A stretch of 64,000 nucleotides of DNA from a virus, in the IMG/VR virus record IMGVR_UViG_3300028833_000003. The stretch is one strand, 5' to 3'. The notes beneath the pieces are model-generated. The model worked only from the letters and a program-made list of their open reading frames with translations, ran no database searches and was not told the DNA's origin. How positions within the stretch are numbered: position 1 is the stretch's first letter; each line of letters starts with the position of its first letter. Below, piece after piece: positions 21,774-30,772 of this stretch. A program made the position numbers and the translations under genes.

Positions 21774-21791
21774 TAAAAAATTTGGTATAAT
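21763..21791 (+). promoter_or_regulatory. Promoter cassette (TTGAAA-N17-TGgTATAAT)
   Basis: -35 at 21763-21768 (inside the stop region of the previous gene) and -10 at 21786-21791. Class B leader. Confidence 0.7.
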
Positions 21792-21826
21792 ATATATGTA
21801 AGATAAAGAAAGGGGTTTGGTAAGAA

Positions 21827-22036
21827 ATGAAAGATACTTGCTATTGTATTTATCGTCATGATGACCCTGACAATCCATTCTTTTTTGAAGATGCTGATTC
21901 TGCAATGTTCGTAATGAAGTACATTAATCCTGAGTACCGTGATAGATATAAGGTTGAAAAGTGTATGTCTCCGTTTATGGACCCTTGCGAAGCGATTGAT
22001 AGAATTAACATGTTTGAAAATAAATATGGAGAGTGA
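21827..22036 (+). CDS. Hypothetical protein
   Basis: Track ORF. ATG follows AAAGGGG. Confidence 0.5.
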   Translation: MKDTCYCIYRHDDPDNPFFFEDADSAMFVMKYINPEYRDRYKVEKCMSPFMDPCEAIDRINMFENKYGE

Positions 22037-22041
22037 GATAT

Positions 22042-22308
22042 ATGGCACGTGGAGTTAATGCTTTTGAATCTCATGACTTTTATTGTATGTGCTGCGGCAA
22101 TAAAGGTATTCCGCTATCACGACAGGTTGGCAAAAACCGCGGCGCGCAACATCGCAAACTTCTATATTGTATCTACTGTCAAAAGCGCGTAAATCATATC
22201 GAATGTCGTAATGAGCAAGAAGTCAAAGCGTTCAAGGAGGATTTTGAAAATGGACTCTATCTTGATGAAGCAGTCGCAGAACTTAACTATGCAGATGCCC
22301 ATGCGTAA
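22042..22308 (+). CDS. Zinc-ribbon protein
   Basis: ATG lies about 11 nt after GGAGAG and is internal to track ORF 22033. CMCCG...CIYC. Confidence 0.5.
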   Translation: MARGVNAFESHDFYCMCCGNKGIPLSRQVGKNRGAQHRKLLYCIYCQKRVNHIECRNEQEVKAFKEDFENGLYLDEAVAELNYADAHA

Positions 22309-22792
22309 GCCTATTCTATACATTATGTGCGGCATTCCTGGTAGCGGTAAATCTACCCTCGCTGAGAAGCTGATGCGCGACAAGGCTGATGAAGATATTC
22401 GATATGTTTCTCGTGATGAAATTCGGTTCCATTTACTTAAAGAAGGAGAAGATTACTTCTCTCATGAAGATGAAGTATATGATCGTTTTGTTGGAACCAT
22501 TGCTAATACCCTGATTGATGGATTTGATGTCATTGCAGACGCAACTCACTGCAATCATGGCTCTCGGGCGAAGCTGTATAATTATCTGCGACTGTGGCAT
22601 ATGCCGCCCGAAGATTATGATGTTGTGTTTATCCAGATGACTACTTCTTTTGAAGAGTGCATGAAGCGTAATGATTTGCGCGAAGGTGTGACTCATGTGC
22701 CAAAGTCTGTTATGAAGCGCATGTGGGCGCAGAGCACTTATCCTACTAAGCATGAATTCTCTAATGTTAAGGACGTGATCTATCATGAGTGA
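22301..22792 (+). CDS. P-loop kinase (polynucleotide-kinase-like, AAA_33 type)
   Basis: MRKPILYIMCGIPGSGKSTLA contains the Walker A motif. The start is chosen at ATGCGTAA, which overlaps the upstream stop; in-frame ATGs also lie at 22289 and 22295. It overlaps the next gene by 8 nt. Confidence 0.65.
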   Translation: MRKPILYIMCGIPGSGKSTLAEKLMRDKADEDIRYVSRDEIRFHLLKEGEDYFSHEDEVYDRFVGTIANTLIDGFDVIADATHCNHGSRAKLYNYLRLWHMPPEDYDVVFIQMTTSFEECMKRNDLREGVTHVPKSVMKRMWAQSTYPTKHEFSNVKDVIYHE

Positions 22793-23390
22793 AATTTTTT
22801 TCACTTCTGACACTCACTTCTGCCACGAACAAGATTTTCTTTATGCACCACGCGGATGCTCATCTACTGAGGAAATGACAGAAAAGATTGTAAATCGTTG
22901 GAATGAAGTTGTAGGAAAAAATGATATTGTTTATCATCTCGGTGATGTGCTGATGGGACATTATGATGTTAATATCCTATCCAGACTCAATGGTTCGATT
23001 AAATTAATTAGAGGCAATCATGACACCGATAAGAAATTGCGCGACATCTACGCGATTGGTAAATTGGCTACTGATAATATACTTACTAGCGAACTTATAA
23101 AGTTCGGCAAACTTTCGCTATTCTTGTGCCACTATCCAGTCCTTACTGCCAATTTCGATGATAGGCATTTCAGTCAGCACGTGATTTCCCTGCATGGGCA
23201 CACACATCAATCAAAGAACTGGTTATTCCCCTCTAACCCGTTCATATATCATGTGGGCCTTGATTCACACGATTGTTATCCGGTTCATATTGAAACCATC
23301 ATTCAAGACATTAAGAACCGATGGAATGAATTGGGTACAATCAACGGCATACACCCTCTCGTCTCTGTAATGCCGGAATATCCCCTGTAA
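22785..23390 (+). CDS. Calcineurin-like metallophosphoesterase (candidate 2',3'-phosphate end-healing partner of the kinase)
   Basis: SDTHF.H ... GD ... GNHD ... HGH motifs. It is translationally coupled to the kinase. Confidence 0.75.
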   Translation: MSEIFFTSDTHFCHEQDFLYAPRGCSSTEEMTEKIVNRWNEVVGKNDIVYHLGDVLMGHYDVNILSRLNGSIKLIRGNHDTDKKLRDIYAIGKLATDNILTSELIKFGKLSLFLCHYPVLTANFDDRHFSQHVISLHGHTHQSKNWLFPSNPFIYHVGLDSHDCYPVHIETIIQDIKNRWNELGTINGIHPLVSVMPEYPL

Positions 23391-23396
23391 ATGACT

Positions 23397-23423
23397 GAGC
23401 CTACACAAAGTAGGCTCTTTTTG
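23397..23423 (+). terminator. Rho-independent terminator
   Basis: GAGCCTAC-ACAAA-GTAGGCTC followed by TTTTTGT. Confidence 0.85.
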
Positions 23424-23507
23424 TATCTACCACACCCTGAACTGCGATAACGGCCGGTGCCCCGGTCGGATGCACGCTAGCAAATTTTTTTACCAAAAAG
23501 GGCATAT

Positions 23508-23536
23508 TTGACTTTTTCCATTTTTTTTGCTATAAT
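23508..23536 (+). promoter_or_regulatory. Near-consensus sigma70 promoter (TTGACT-N17-TGcTATAAT)
   Basis: -35 at 23508-23513 and -10 at 23531-23536. It lacks the ATATAT leader of the other cassettes. Confidence 0.75.
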
Positions 23537-23558
23537 AATTTCAAAGGAGTGAATTAAA

Positions 23559-24008
23559 ATGAAGCCAATAGTGTTTGATAAAATAGACCACACTACAATT
23601 TGTAAGCGACAGGTCAGAAATAAAATTTATACTGGTAAAGCAATCTGCCATCCGCACGATTATGATTTTGAAAGCACGCTTGTAGGATAGAACTATGCTT
23701 ATAGTCGTTCTCTTATTGCTGAGCTATGTGATAATCGTGATGCAAAAGCAGAGCAATTAAAAGTGTTAAAGCATGTGTATAATATTATGGAACAAAATAA
23801 AAATGTGCGCTTAGAAAGCGAGGAGTGCTATATCCTTCGTCGGCAGATTACTGTAACTGAGCGCGACTTACAGGAACTGCGCGATCTTATTCGCGCGATG
23901 AGAAAAGACTTACGCAACACTATTGAAGGGAGAGACAAAATGTATGCACGACTTCGAGAAATCAGACGAGAACAAAATGTATCTAATTATGACACCGAGC
24001 GCGTTTAA
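23559..24008 (+). CDS. Hypothetical protein (one in-frame TAG at 23688)
   Basis: ATG lies 10 nt after AAAGGAG. It is in frame with track ORF 23763 and ends in TAA. Confidence 0.5.
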
Positions 24009-24387
24009 ACAAATTGTATGGCATGGAGAATTGGCGCACCTAATGGAAAATATGAAAGCCAATGACCATAAGGTATATGTATATTCAGAAGTATATGAAG
24101 ATTATGTATCTAGTTTTGAAAGTATGCCGCACTCTGAGGATATATTAAAATATTATTATGATTTACATTTTATTCCACAAAGAACAAATACAACAGATGA
24201 TATACGTTGTTTTGTAAATACATATTGTCCAGACAATGTATTAATTGTTGTATATAGTTTAGCAGAATTTAATTACCTCAATCGACTATTTAGCAATGAT
24301 GAATTAATTCCTTATACAGATCCGCGTATATATGATTGGCCCATAGATAAAATTTTGTTAGACGTTAATAACAGATTTGGGGGCTAA
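23977..24387 (+). CDS. Hypothetical protein (start uncertain)
   Basis: Track ORF 23923..24387. In-frame ATGs lie at 23977 and 23989 and both have weak RBSs. Confidence 0.45.
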   Translation: MYLIMTPSAFKQIVWHGELAHLMENMKANDHKVYVYSEVYEDYVSSFESMPHSEDILKYYYDLHFIPQRTNTTDDIRCFVNTYCPDNVLIVVYSLAEFNYLNRLFSNDELIPYTDPRIYDWPIDKILLDVNNRFGG

Positions 24388-24395
24388 AATTTGAA

Positions 24396-24427
24396 AAGTC
24401 AAGTAGGGAGATACTTGACTTTTTTTT
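24396..24427 (+). terminator. Rho-independent terminator
   Basis: AAGTCAAGTA-GGGAGA-TACTTGACTT followed by a T-run. Confidence 0.85.
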
Positions 24428-24443
24428 ATTTTTATGTTATAAT
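24415..24443 (+). promoter_or_regulatory. Promoter (TTGACT-N17-TGtTATAAT)
   Basis: The -35 (24415-24420) is formed by the terminator's 3' arm. -10 at 24438-24443. Confidence 0.7.
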
Positions 24444-24468
24444 ATAAATGTGAAAGGATGAAAAGAGT

Positions 24469-24678
24469 ATGAGTAATTTAGAAAAAGTTGAATTTACGTG
24501 TCCAGAATGTGGCACACAATGGACAGAATGGCAAGACCCAAGTGATGATTGGTTTAAACTGGCTACCAATCAAACTTTATGCGCAAACTGTGGCAAAGAA
24601 GTAATGAAACGGATTATCGACAAAATGGAGGATTCAGATAATGAAGTTTTATCTAGCTGGCCCCGTAATCACGGATAA
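24469..24678 (+). CDS. Zinc-ribbon protein
   Basis: Track ORF. CPEC...CANC. Confidence 0.5.
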   Translation: MSNLEKVEFTCPECGTQWTEWQDPSDDWFKLATNQTLCANCGKEVMKRIIDKMEDSDNEVLSSWPRNHG

Positions 24679-25183
24679 TAAAGAAATTAAACAACAGATG
24701 GAAAAATTAGAAAAAGCCATCTATTGTATGAGATTGCCAGCCATTAATCCCGGCGAATGTGATATGCGCGATGATTATCCCGAGGTTTATAGACCTGGCA
24801 AGCATAAAGTACCAAATGCCTGGGGCATTGATATGGCGACTTGGGGTCAATGTGTATTTACAATGGACGTGGTTGCCATTGATGAATGTGATTGGATGGT
24901 ACTCGCGGACTATGGACGACAGGCCACAGCCGGCACTAGCTGGGAAGCAGGATATGCGTTCGCCAAAGGAGTAAAAATCCTTGTTGTGCAGATGCCGGGC
25001 GTAAAAGAAAGTAGTCTTATGACGCAAGGCTGCGCTGCGAATATCTGTAAATATGAAGACTTTATTAGTGGTCTTGACTGCGATGAAGATAATTGGCGTG
25101 AATGGGATACAATTTGGGATGCTAAATTCAACCAGTTTTTCTTTGAGCGCGGTCGTGTGAAAAAAGAAATAACGCTAAACTGA
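24641..25183 (+). CDS. Nucleoside 2-deoxyribosyltransferase-like protein (second copy of the fold)
   Basis: MKFYLAGPV ... DWMVLADYG....AGTSWEAGYAFAKGVKILVV. Confidence 0.6.
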   Translation: MKFYLAGPVITDNKEIKQQMEKLEKAIYCMRLPAINPGECDMRDDYPEVYRPGKHKVPNAWGIDMATWGQCVFTMDVVAIDECDWMVLADYGRQATAGTSWEAGYAFAKGVKILVVQMPGVKESSLMTQGCAANICKYEDFISGLDCDEDNWREWDTIWDAKFNQFFFERGRVKKEITLN

Positions 25184-25195
25184 GGAGATAATTAA

Positions 25196-27100
25196 GTGAG
25201 TATTCATTTAGATTATGGTGTAAAAGATATAAAAACACTGGAAGGGATGGAAGCAATTCGTACCAGACCTGGTATGTATATTGGTTCTGTTGGCCCAGAA
25301 GGTGTTTGGCAAATTACATTGGAAATTATTTCTAATGCAATAGATGAATATCTGGTTGGTGCATGTGATAATATCGCTGTTACTATTGAGCCGCCATATG
25401 TAACCATCAGTGATAATGGCCGTGGCGTTCCTTTTGGTAAAAATGCTGATGGCGAAGAAGTATTAATTAATATTTATACAAAACTACATACTGGCGCTAA
25501 ATTTGATAGTGATGGTAATACTGGTTATAATACTTCTGGCGGTATGAACGGCGTTGGCGCGAAAGCTACTAACGCACTATCTTCCTTTTTTAGAGTAGAT
25601 AGTTTCCGTGATGGGAAACATGCACATGCTATTTTTAAGCAAGGACAACTTCAAGAGTATAAAGTAGAACCATATGATGGAAAGGGTCATGGCACTAATG
25701 TGCGGTTTATCCCAGATGATAGCATTTTTACAGAAGGTATTGATTGCGACGTAACTCGCCTTCGTAAGCAACTTTGGGAACTCGCATATTTGTCTCCCGG
25801 TCTTCATTTTGCTCTCACCGTTGATGGGAAATGTGAGCAAATTGAGAGCAAAAATGGTCTTCTTGATTATCTGGACGTCTTAACTCAAAATCATAATAAA
25901 TTAACCCAATCCTTTTCCGCAGAAACACAGCAAGATAGGATGCGGGTGCGGTTGGCATTGGTATATACTGATACATATAGTGATACGTATAAGCTCTTTA
26001 CCAATAGTATCCCAAATACATCTGGTACGCATTTGACTGGTTTCCGTACCGCACTTACGCAAACAATCAATAAGTTTGCGCGTGCAAAGGGATTGCTAAA
26101 AGAAAAAGAAGATAATTTCACATCTGATGATTTAAAGGAAGGTTTAACGCTTATCCTTTCTTTAACAATGCCTGACCCAATATTTAGTGGGCAGACCAAA
26201 GATGTATTGACATCTGCGGAAGGCAGAACAATAGTTCAAAGTCTGTGCGCGAGTGAGTTAAATAATTGGTTCGCACAGAATGAAAAAGATGCGAAGGCTA
26301 TTGTTAATAAAGCATTACTAGCACGTAAAGCAAGAGAGAGCGCACGCAAAGCAAAGGAAAATACTCGTAACGCTGCAGTTAAGAACACAAGAATTACATT
26401 ACCTGGTAAATTGGCAGATTGTAGCTCTAAAAATCGTAGCAGTTGTGAAGTATTTATTGTAGAGGGCGATAGCGCGGCTGGTAGTGCGAAAGAAGCGCGT
26501 GATCGCAACACTCAGGCAATTCTGCCAATCCGTGGTAAAATTCTAAATGTATTAAAAGCGGATTTAAACAAAGCTATGAGCAATGAAGAAATCAAGAGTA
26601 TGATAGTTGGATTTGGTCTGCAAGTGCAGGGCAATAAAATTATTCTTGATGAATCAAAACTCCGTTATGGTAAAATTATTATTATGGCCGATGCTGATGT
26701 GGATGGCGACCATATTAGATGTTTGTTTTTGACTTTCATTTGGAAGTTTTGTCCAGAACTTATTACCAAGGGATATATCTATGCCGCAGTGCCCCCATTG
26801 TTTAGAATTATCAAAGGCAAAGAATCATTTTATATTAAAGATGAAGCGGCATTGGCTGAGTATCAAAATAAAAATGCGTCAAGTAAATATCAAGTAAAAC
26901 GTTTTAAAGGCTTAGGCGAAATGCCAGTAGAAGATTTGGAAGAATCTACTATGTCTATCCAAAACCGCACTTTAAAACAAATTACAATGAGTGATGTGCT
27001 GGGCGCAGCAGCTATGTTTAATAATCTGATGGGAGAGAGCAGCATTGCAAGAAAGAAATTCATCGAAGAAAACGCTGAACGGGCACAGCTTGATATATAA
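25196..27100 (+). CDS. Type IIA DNA topoisomerase, ATPase/Toprim subunit (GyrB/ParE-like)
   Basis: GHKL ATPase motifs (LEIISNAIDE, DNGRGVP, GGMNGVGA), Toprim EGDSA and PLRGKILNV-like IRGKILNV. GTG start follows GAGGAG. Confidence 0.9.
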   Translation: MSIHLDYGVKDIKTLEGMEAIRTRPGMYIGSVGPEGVWQITLEIISNAIDEYLVGACDNIAVTIEPPYVTISDNGRGVPFGKNADGEEVLINIYTKLHTGAKFDSDGNTGYNTSGGMNGVGAKATNALSSFFRVDSFRDGKHAHAIFKQGQLQEYKVEPYDGKGHGTNVRFIPDDSIFTEGIDCDVTRLRKQLWELAYLSPGLHFALTVDGKCEQIESKNGLLDYLDVLTQNHNKLTQSFSAETQQDRMRVRLALVYTDTYSDTYKLFTNSIPNTSGTHLTGFRTALTQTINKFARAKGLLKEKEDNFTSDDLKEGLTLILSLTMPDPIFSGQTKDVLTSAEGRTIVQSLCASELNNWFAQNEKDAKAIVNKALLARKARESARKAKENTRNAAVKNTRITLPGKLADCSSKNRSSCEVFIVEGDSAAGSAKEARDRNTQAILPIRGKILNVLKADLNKAMSNEEIKSMIVGFGLQVQGNKIILDESKLRYGKIIIMADADVDGDHIRCLFLTFIWKFCPELITKGYIYAAVPPLFRIIKGKESFYIKDEAALAEYQNKNASSKYQVKRFKGLGEMPVEDLEESTMSIQNRTLKQITMSDVLGAAAMFNNLMGESSIARKKFIEENAERAQLDI

Positions 27101-27716
27101 TGCCTGGCATCATGCAAAGACAATTCGCAAACATCGACGATGGGTGCGGCGATACTGTTTTAAAATAGGACTATATAAGAGAGGATTGATGCATGACTTC
27201 TCTAAATATTCTCCTATTGAATTTTTCACTTCAATAAAGTATTATACTGGTACAACTTCACCGATTATTGAAGAGAAAAATCAAACAGGTGGATACTCTT
27301 TGGCATGGTTGCATCACAAAGGGCACAATCCTCATCACTATGAATATTGGATGGACAATTTTGATAAAAGCAAACAATATAATTTAACTCCGCAATGTCA
27401 TTGTATGCCTTTTGAAGACTTTGCGGAACTAGTATGCGACTACCTTGGCGCCGCTCGCGCCTACGGTAAAAACTTCTCATATGCACATGAGTTAGATTGG
27501 TGGAGAGATAGACGCACTCGTATATCTATGCATCCAGCTAATGGTTTAATGTTAGATATTATATTTCATGATTTAGCAGAAGCAGAAGCTATTAATGAAG
27601 TAAAAGAATTGTTTGCTAGGGATTATCTTGAAGCAGTATATAATGCAAATTGTCCAGTATATCTACGCACTAAAAATTACAAAGGAATACCACCATATAT
27701 TCCATATGGAGACTAA
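27045..27716 (+). CDS. His-rich DUF5662-like protein (start uncertain)
   Basis: Motifs HDFSKYSP.EF and WLHHKGHNPHHYEYW. Both possible starts are TTG (27045 or 27090). There is no in-frame ATG before the conserved region. Confidence 0.5.
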   Translation: MQERNSSKKTLNGHSLIYNAWHHAKTIRKHRRWVRRYCFKIGLYKRGLMHDFSKYSPIEFFTSIKYYTGTTSPIIEEKNQTGGYSLAWLHHKGHNPHHYEYWMDNFDKSKQYNLTPQCHCMPFEDFAELVCDYLGAARAYGKNFSYAHELDWWRDRRTRISMHPANGLMLDIIFHDLAEAEAINEVKELFARDYLEAVYNANCPVYLRTKNYKGIPPYIPYGD

Positions 27717-27717
27717 A

Positions 27718-28344
27718 ATGCAACATATAGAGATATATACAGATGGTAGTGCCGCAAAAGCACGAAGTGGATGGGGATTTGTAGCAGTAGTAGATAATAA
27801 AATAATTACAAAAGCACAAAGTTTGCCAAAAGGCACAACTAACCAACATGCAGAATTGGTCGCCGCATTACAAGCATTAGATTGGTGGCGAGAACATTAC
27901 CATGATGTATCATGTACAATTTATAGTGATAGCGCTTATCTAGTAAATTGTTACATTGATGGTTGGTGGAAAAATTGGGTAAATAATGGTTGGTATAATA
28001 CTTCTAAACAACCAGTAGTAAATAAAGAGGTGTGGCAATTACTGGTGCCGTATTTTACCAATCCATATGTCCATATATGTAAAGTAACCGCGCATGTTGG
28101 TCATACTTATAATGAACTAGCTGATAAGCTAGCTCGTGGTATTGCTGTACCCAATTTTCAAGAAGAAATTAATTTGACAAAAACAAATAAATATGATATA
28201 ATAAGTATAGAATTAAGTAATATTTTACTTGGTTTTCATGCAAATAAAAAATCTTATAATGAAACAATTCATGCAATTATGAATATTATGATTAGGGAAG
28301 GAGTACAAATGGATGGAGAATATTATTCAAACACCGATAATTGA
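27718..28344 (+). CDS. rnhA: Ribonuclease HI with a C-terminal extension
   Basis: IEIYTDGS...GWG ... NQHAEL.A...AL ... IYSDS.Y ... H.GH..NE.AD.LA. ATG lies 5 nt after GGAGA. Confidence 0.85.
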   Translation: MQHIEIYTDGSAAKARSGWGFVAVVDNKIITKAQSLPKGTTNQHAELVAALQALDWWREHYHDVSCTIYSDSAYLVNCYIDGWWKNWVNNGWYNTSKQPVVNKEVWQLLVPYFTNPYVHICKVTAHVGHTYNELADKLARGIAVPNFQEEINLTKTNKYDIISIELSNILLGFHANKKSYNETIHAIMNIMIREGVQMDGEYYSNTDN

Positions 28345-30685
28345 AGAAGTAGAACAATCCTTCCTTGATTATTCTATGTCAGTTATCACAGATCGTGCAA
28401 TTCCAGCGGCAGAGGATGGTTTAAAACCTGTTCAACGTCGTATCTTATGGGGAATGCTTGAAGGTGGTTTTAAATCTGATAAACCTACTGTTAAGTGCGC
28501 TCGGCCTGTTGGTGATGTCATGGGTAAGTATCATCCTCATGGTGACTCATCTATTTATGGCGCTCTTGTTACGATGTCTCAACCTTGGACAATGCGGTAT
28601 CCGCTGATTGATTTCCAGGGTAATAATGGCAGTAGAGATGGTGATAACCCTGCCGCATATCGTTATACTGAGTGTCGTTTGTCAAAAGTAAGTGAAGCAA
28701 CCCTTGAACACATCAAAGATGATGCTGTTGATTGGGTTGATAACTTTGATGAAACAGAAAAAGAACCAGTATATTTGCCTGGTAAATTCCCAAACTTAAT
28801 GTGTAATGGTACTACTGGTATTGCGGTTGCTATGGCATGTAATTTTGCACCACATAATTTAAAAGAAATTATGGATGCCGCAATTTGGGTCGAAGAAAAT
28901 GGCAAAGAGAATGTTATCGCAGATGATTTAATGCAATTCGTTAAAGGTCCAGATTTCCCAACTGGTGGTATTATTGTTAATCAAAAGGAATTGAAAAGCG
29001 TATATAGCACTGGTAAGGGAAGAGTGCGACTTCGCGGCGAATATACAATCGAAAATAAAAATGGATATGAAACGATTGTATTTACATCTATTCCATATAA
29101 AGTATCAAAAGAACAACTGAGTAGTGAAATTGATGCCTTGTGCGAAGAAGGTAAATTAACTGGTATTTCTGAAATTCGTGATGAAACAAATAAAAAAGGT
29201 GTTCGTTTTGTTATCGAATGTAATAAAGGTATTAGCGGAGATGTAATTGCTAAAAAATTATATTCTTTAACAGACTTAGAGACAGTATTCAGCGTTAATA
29301 ATGTAGCACTTGTCAATCATAAACCGCAGCAACTTACTCTTTATCAGATGATTAAGGTGTATCTTGATCATCAGCGTGATGTGTTTATTAGAATGACACA
29401 GCATGAATACAATGAATTACAAATCAAGATTGAAGTTCTTAATGGTTTAATTAGAGCGAATGAAGATATTGATAATGTAATTCAGTTGATTAAGAAGAGT
29501 AAAGATAAAACTGATGCACGAAATAAGTTAATTGAAAAATATCAGTTGAGTGCGCGGCAGGCAGATGCTATTTTGGATATGAAACTTAGCAGACTGTCTC
29601 AAATGGAAACGATGGATTTGTTAAATGACCGTGCTGAAAAAGAAAAAAGATGTTTATATCTTAACGAGATTTTAACAAATGATAGCTTTGCAAGCGCACA
29701 ATTGGTATTGTCATTAAAAGCATTTAGAGATAAATTTGCTGATGAAAGACGAACCAAAATCATTCAAGTAAATGAAGACCCAGAAGAAAAAGAAATTGAA
29801 GGTATCCAGCCAGAAGATTGCGTTGTTTGTGTAACGGAAAACGGCAATGTAAAAAGAGTTCCAAGCGCGAGTTTCAGAGCACAACGTCGTAATGGCAAAG
29901 GCGTAAGAACACAAGACGATATTAGTGTTATGACTTTGCGCACTAATACAATAGATGCGTTACTTATCTTCTCATCTTATGGTAAAGTATATCGTCTGCC
30001 AGTAATTGATATTCCTGTTGGTAATAATGTCGCGCGAGGAGTAAATGTAGCAACATTGGTGCCGATGGAGCAAGGTGAAAAATTTGTAACTGTCGCATCT
30101 GTTGATCATGGTGATAAAACTAGTTTTGTATGGTTCTTAACTGCAAATGGTTTGATTAAGAAAACACCTATTAGTGAATATCTTAATATTAAGCGTAAAA
30201 CTGGCATTGTAGCAACTACACTTCGTGAAAATGATCATTTGGTTAAAGTCTTTATTACAGATAATCATCCAATTTTGATTGTGACAAAAGAAGGTAAGGC
30301 AATTAAAATTGATGGTACAGAGGTTGCTCCATCGTCAAGAATATCTTCTGGTGTTAAAGGTATTGGATTAAATGAAACTGACAAGTGCGTAACAATGATA
30401 CCTTTGACCAAAAGTCAAGTAATTATTTTCACAAAAACTGGTGGAGCAAAACGGATGGATGCAACCGAATTTGTGATGCAACATCGTGGTGGAAAAGGTA
30501 TTATTTGCTTAAAGAATGAAGAAATTGTTGATATACTTGGTGTCGAGGAAGATAGTAATGTACTGATAACTGGTTCTGCGCAGGCGATATGCATTGCTGT
30601 AAATGATATTCCAAAAGCAAGTCGTACCGCAGGTATAGTAAAAGTAATTAAAAACAGTGATATAGTATCAACTGCGAGAGTTTAA
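28313..30685 (+). CDS. Type IIA DNA topoisomerase, breakage-reunion subunit (GyrA/ParC-like)
   Basis: SFLDYSMSVITDRAIP, DGLKPVQRRILW, KYHPHGD, and RYTE with the catalytic-Tyr context. Confidence 0.9.
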   Translation: MENIIQTPIIEEVEQSFLDYSMSVITDRAIPAAEDGLKPVQRRILWGMLEGGFKSDKPTVKCARPVGDVMGKYHPHGDSSIYGALVTMSQPWTMRYPLIDFQGNNGSRDGDNPAAYRYTECRLSKVSEATLEHIKDDAVDWVDNFDETEKEPVYLPGKFPNLMCNGTTGIAVAMACNFAPHNLKEIMDAAIWVEENGKENVIADDLMQFVKGPDFPTGGIIVNQKELKSVYSTGKGRVRLRGEYTIENKNGYETIVFTSIPYKVSKEQLSSEIDALCEEGKLTGISEIRDETNKKGVRFVIECNKGISGDVIAKKLYSLTDLETVFSVNNVALVNHKPQQLTLYQMIKVYLDHQRDVFIRMTQHEYNELQIKIEVLNGLIRANEDIDNVIQLIKKSKDKTDARNKLIEKYQLSARQADAILDMKLSRLSQMETMDLLNDRAEKEKRCLYLNEILTNDSFASAQLVLSLKAFRDKFADERRTKIIQVNEDPEEKEIEGIQPEDCVVCVTENGNVKRVPSASFRAQRRNGKGVRTQDDISVMTLRTNTIDALLIFSSYGKVYRLPVIDIPVGNNVARGVNVATLVPMEQGEKFVTVASVDHGDKTSFVWFLTANGLIKKTPISEYLNIKRKTGIVATTLRENDHLVKVFITDNHPILIVTKEGKAIKIDGTEVAPSSRISSGVKGIGLNETDKCVTMIPLTKSQVIIFTKTGGAKRMDATEFVMQHRGGKGIICLKNEEIVDILGVEEDSNVLITGSAQAICIAVNDIPKASRTAGIVKVIKNSDIVSTARV

Positions 30686-30772
30686 AAATAAATATTAATT
30701 ATAGGAACCCATATTGGGATTATAATCAAATTACATTAGAAAACATAATGTCTGATAAATGGTTAATAAAGG

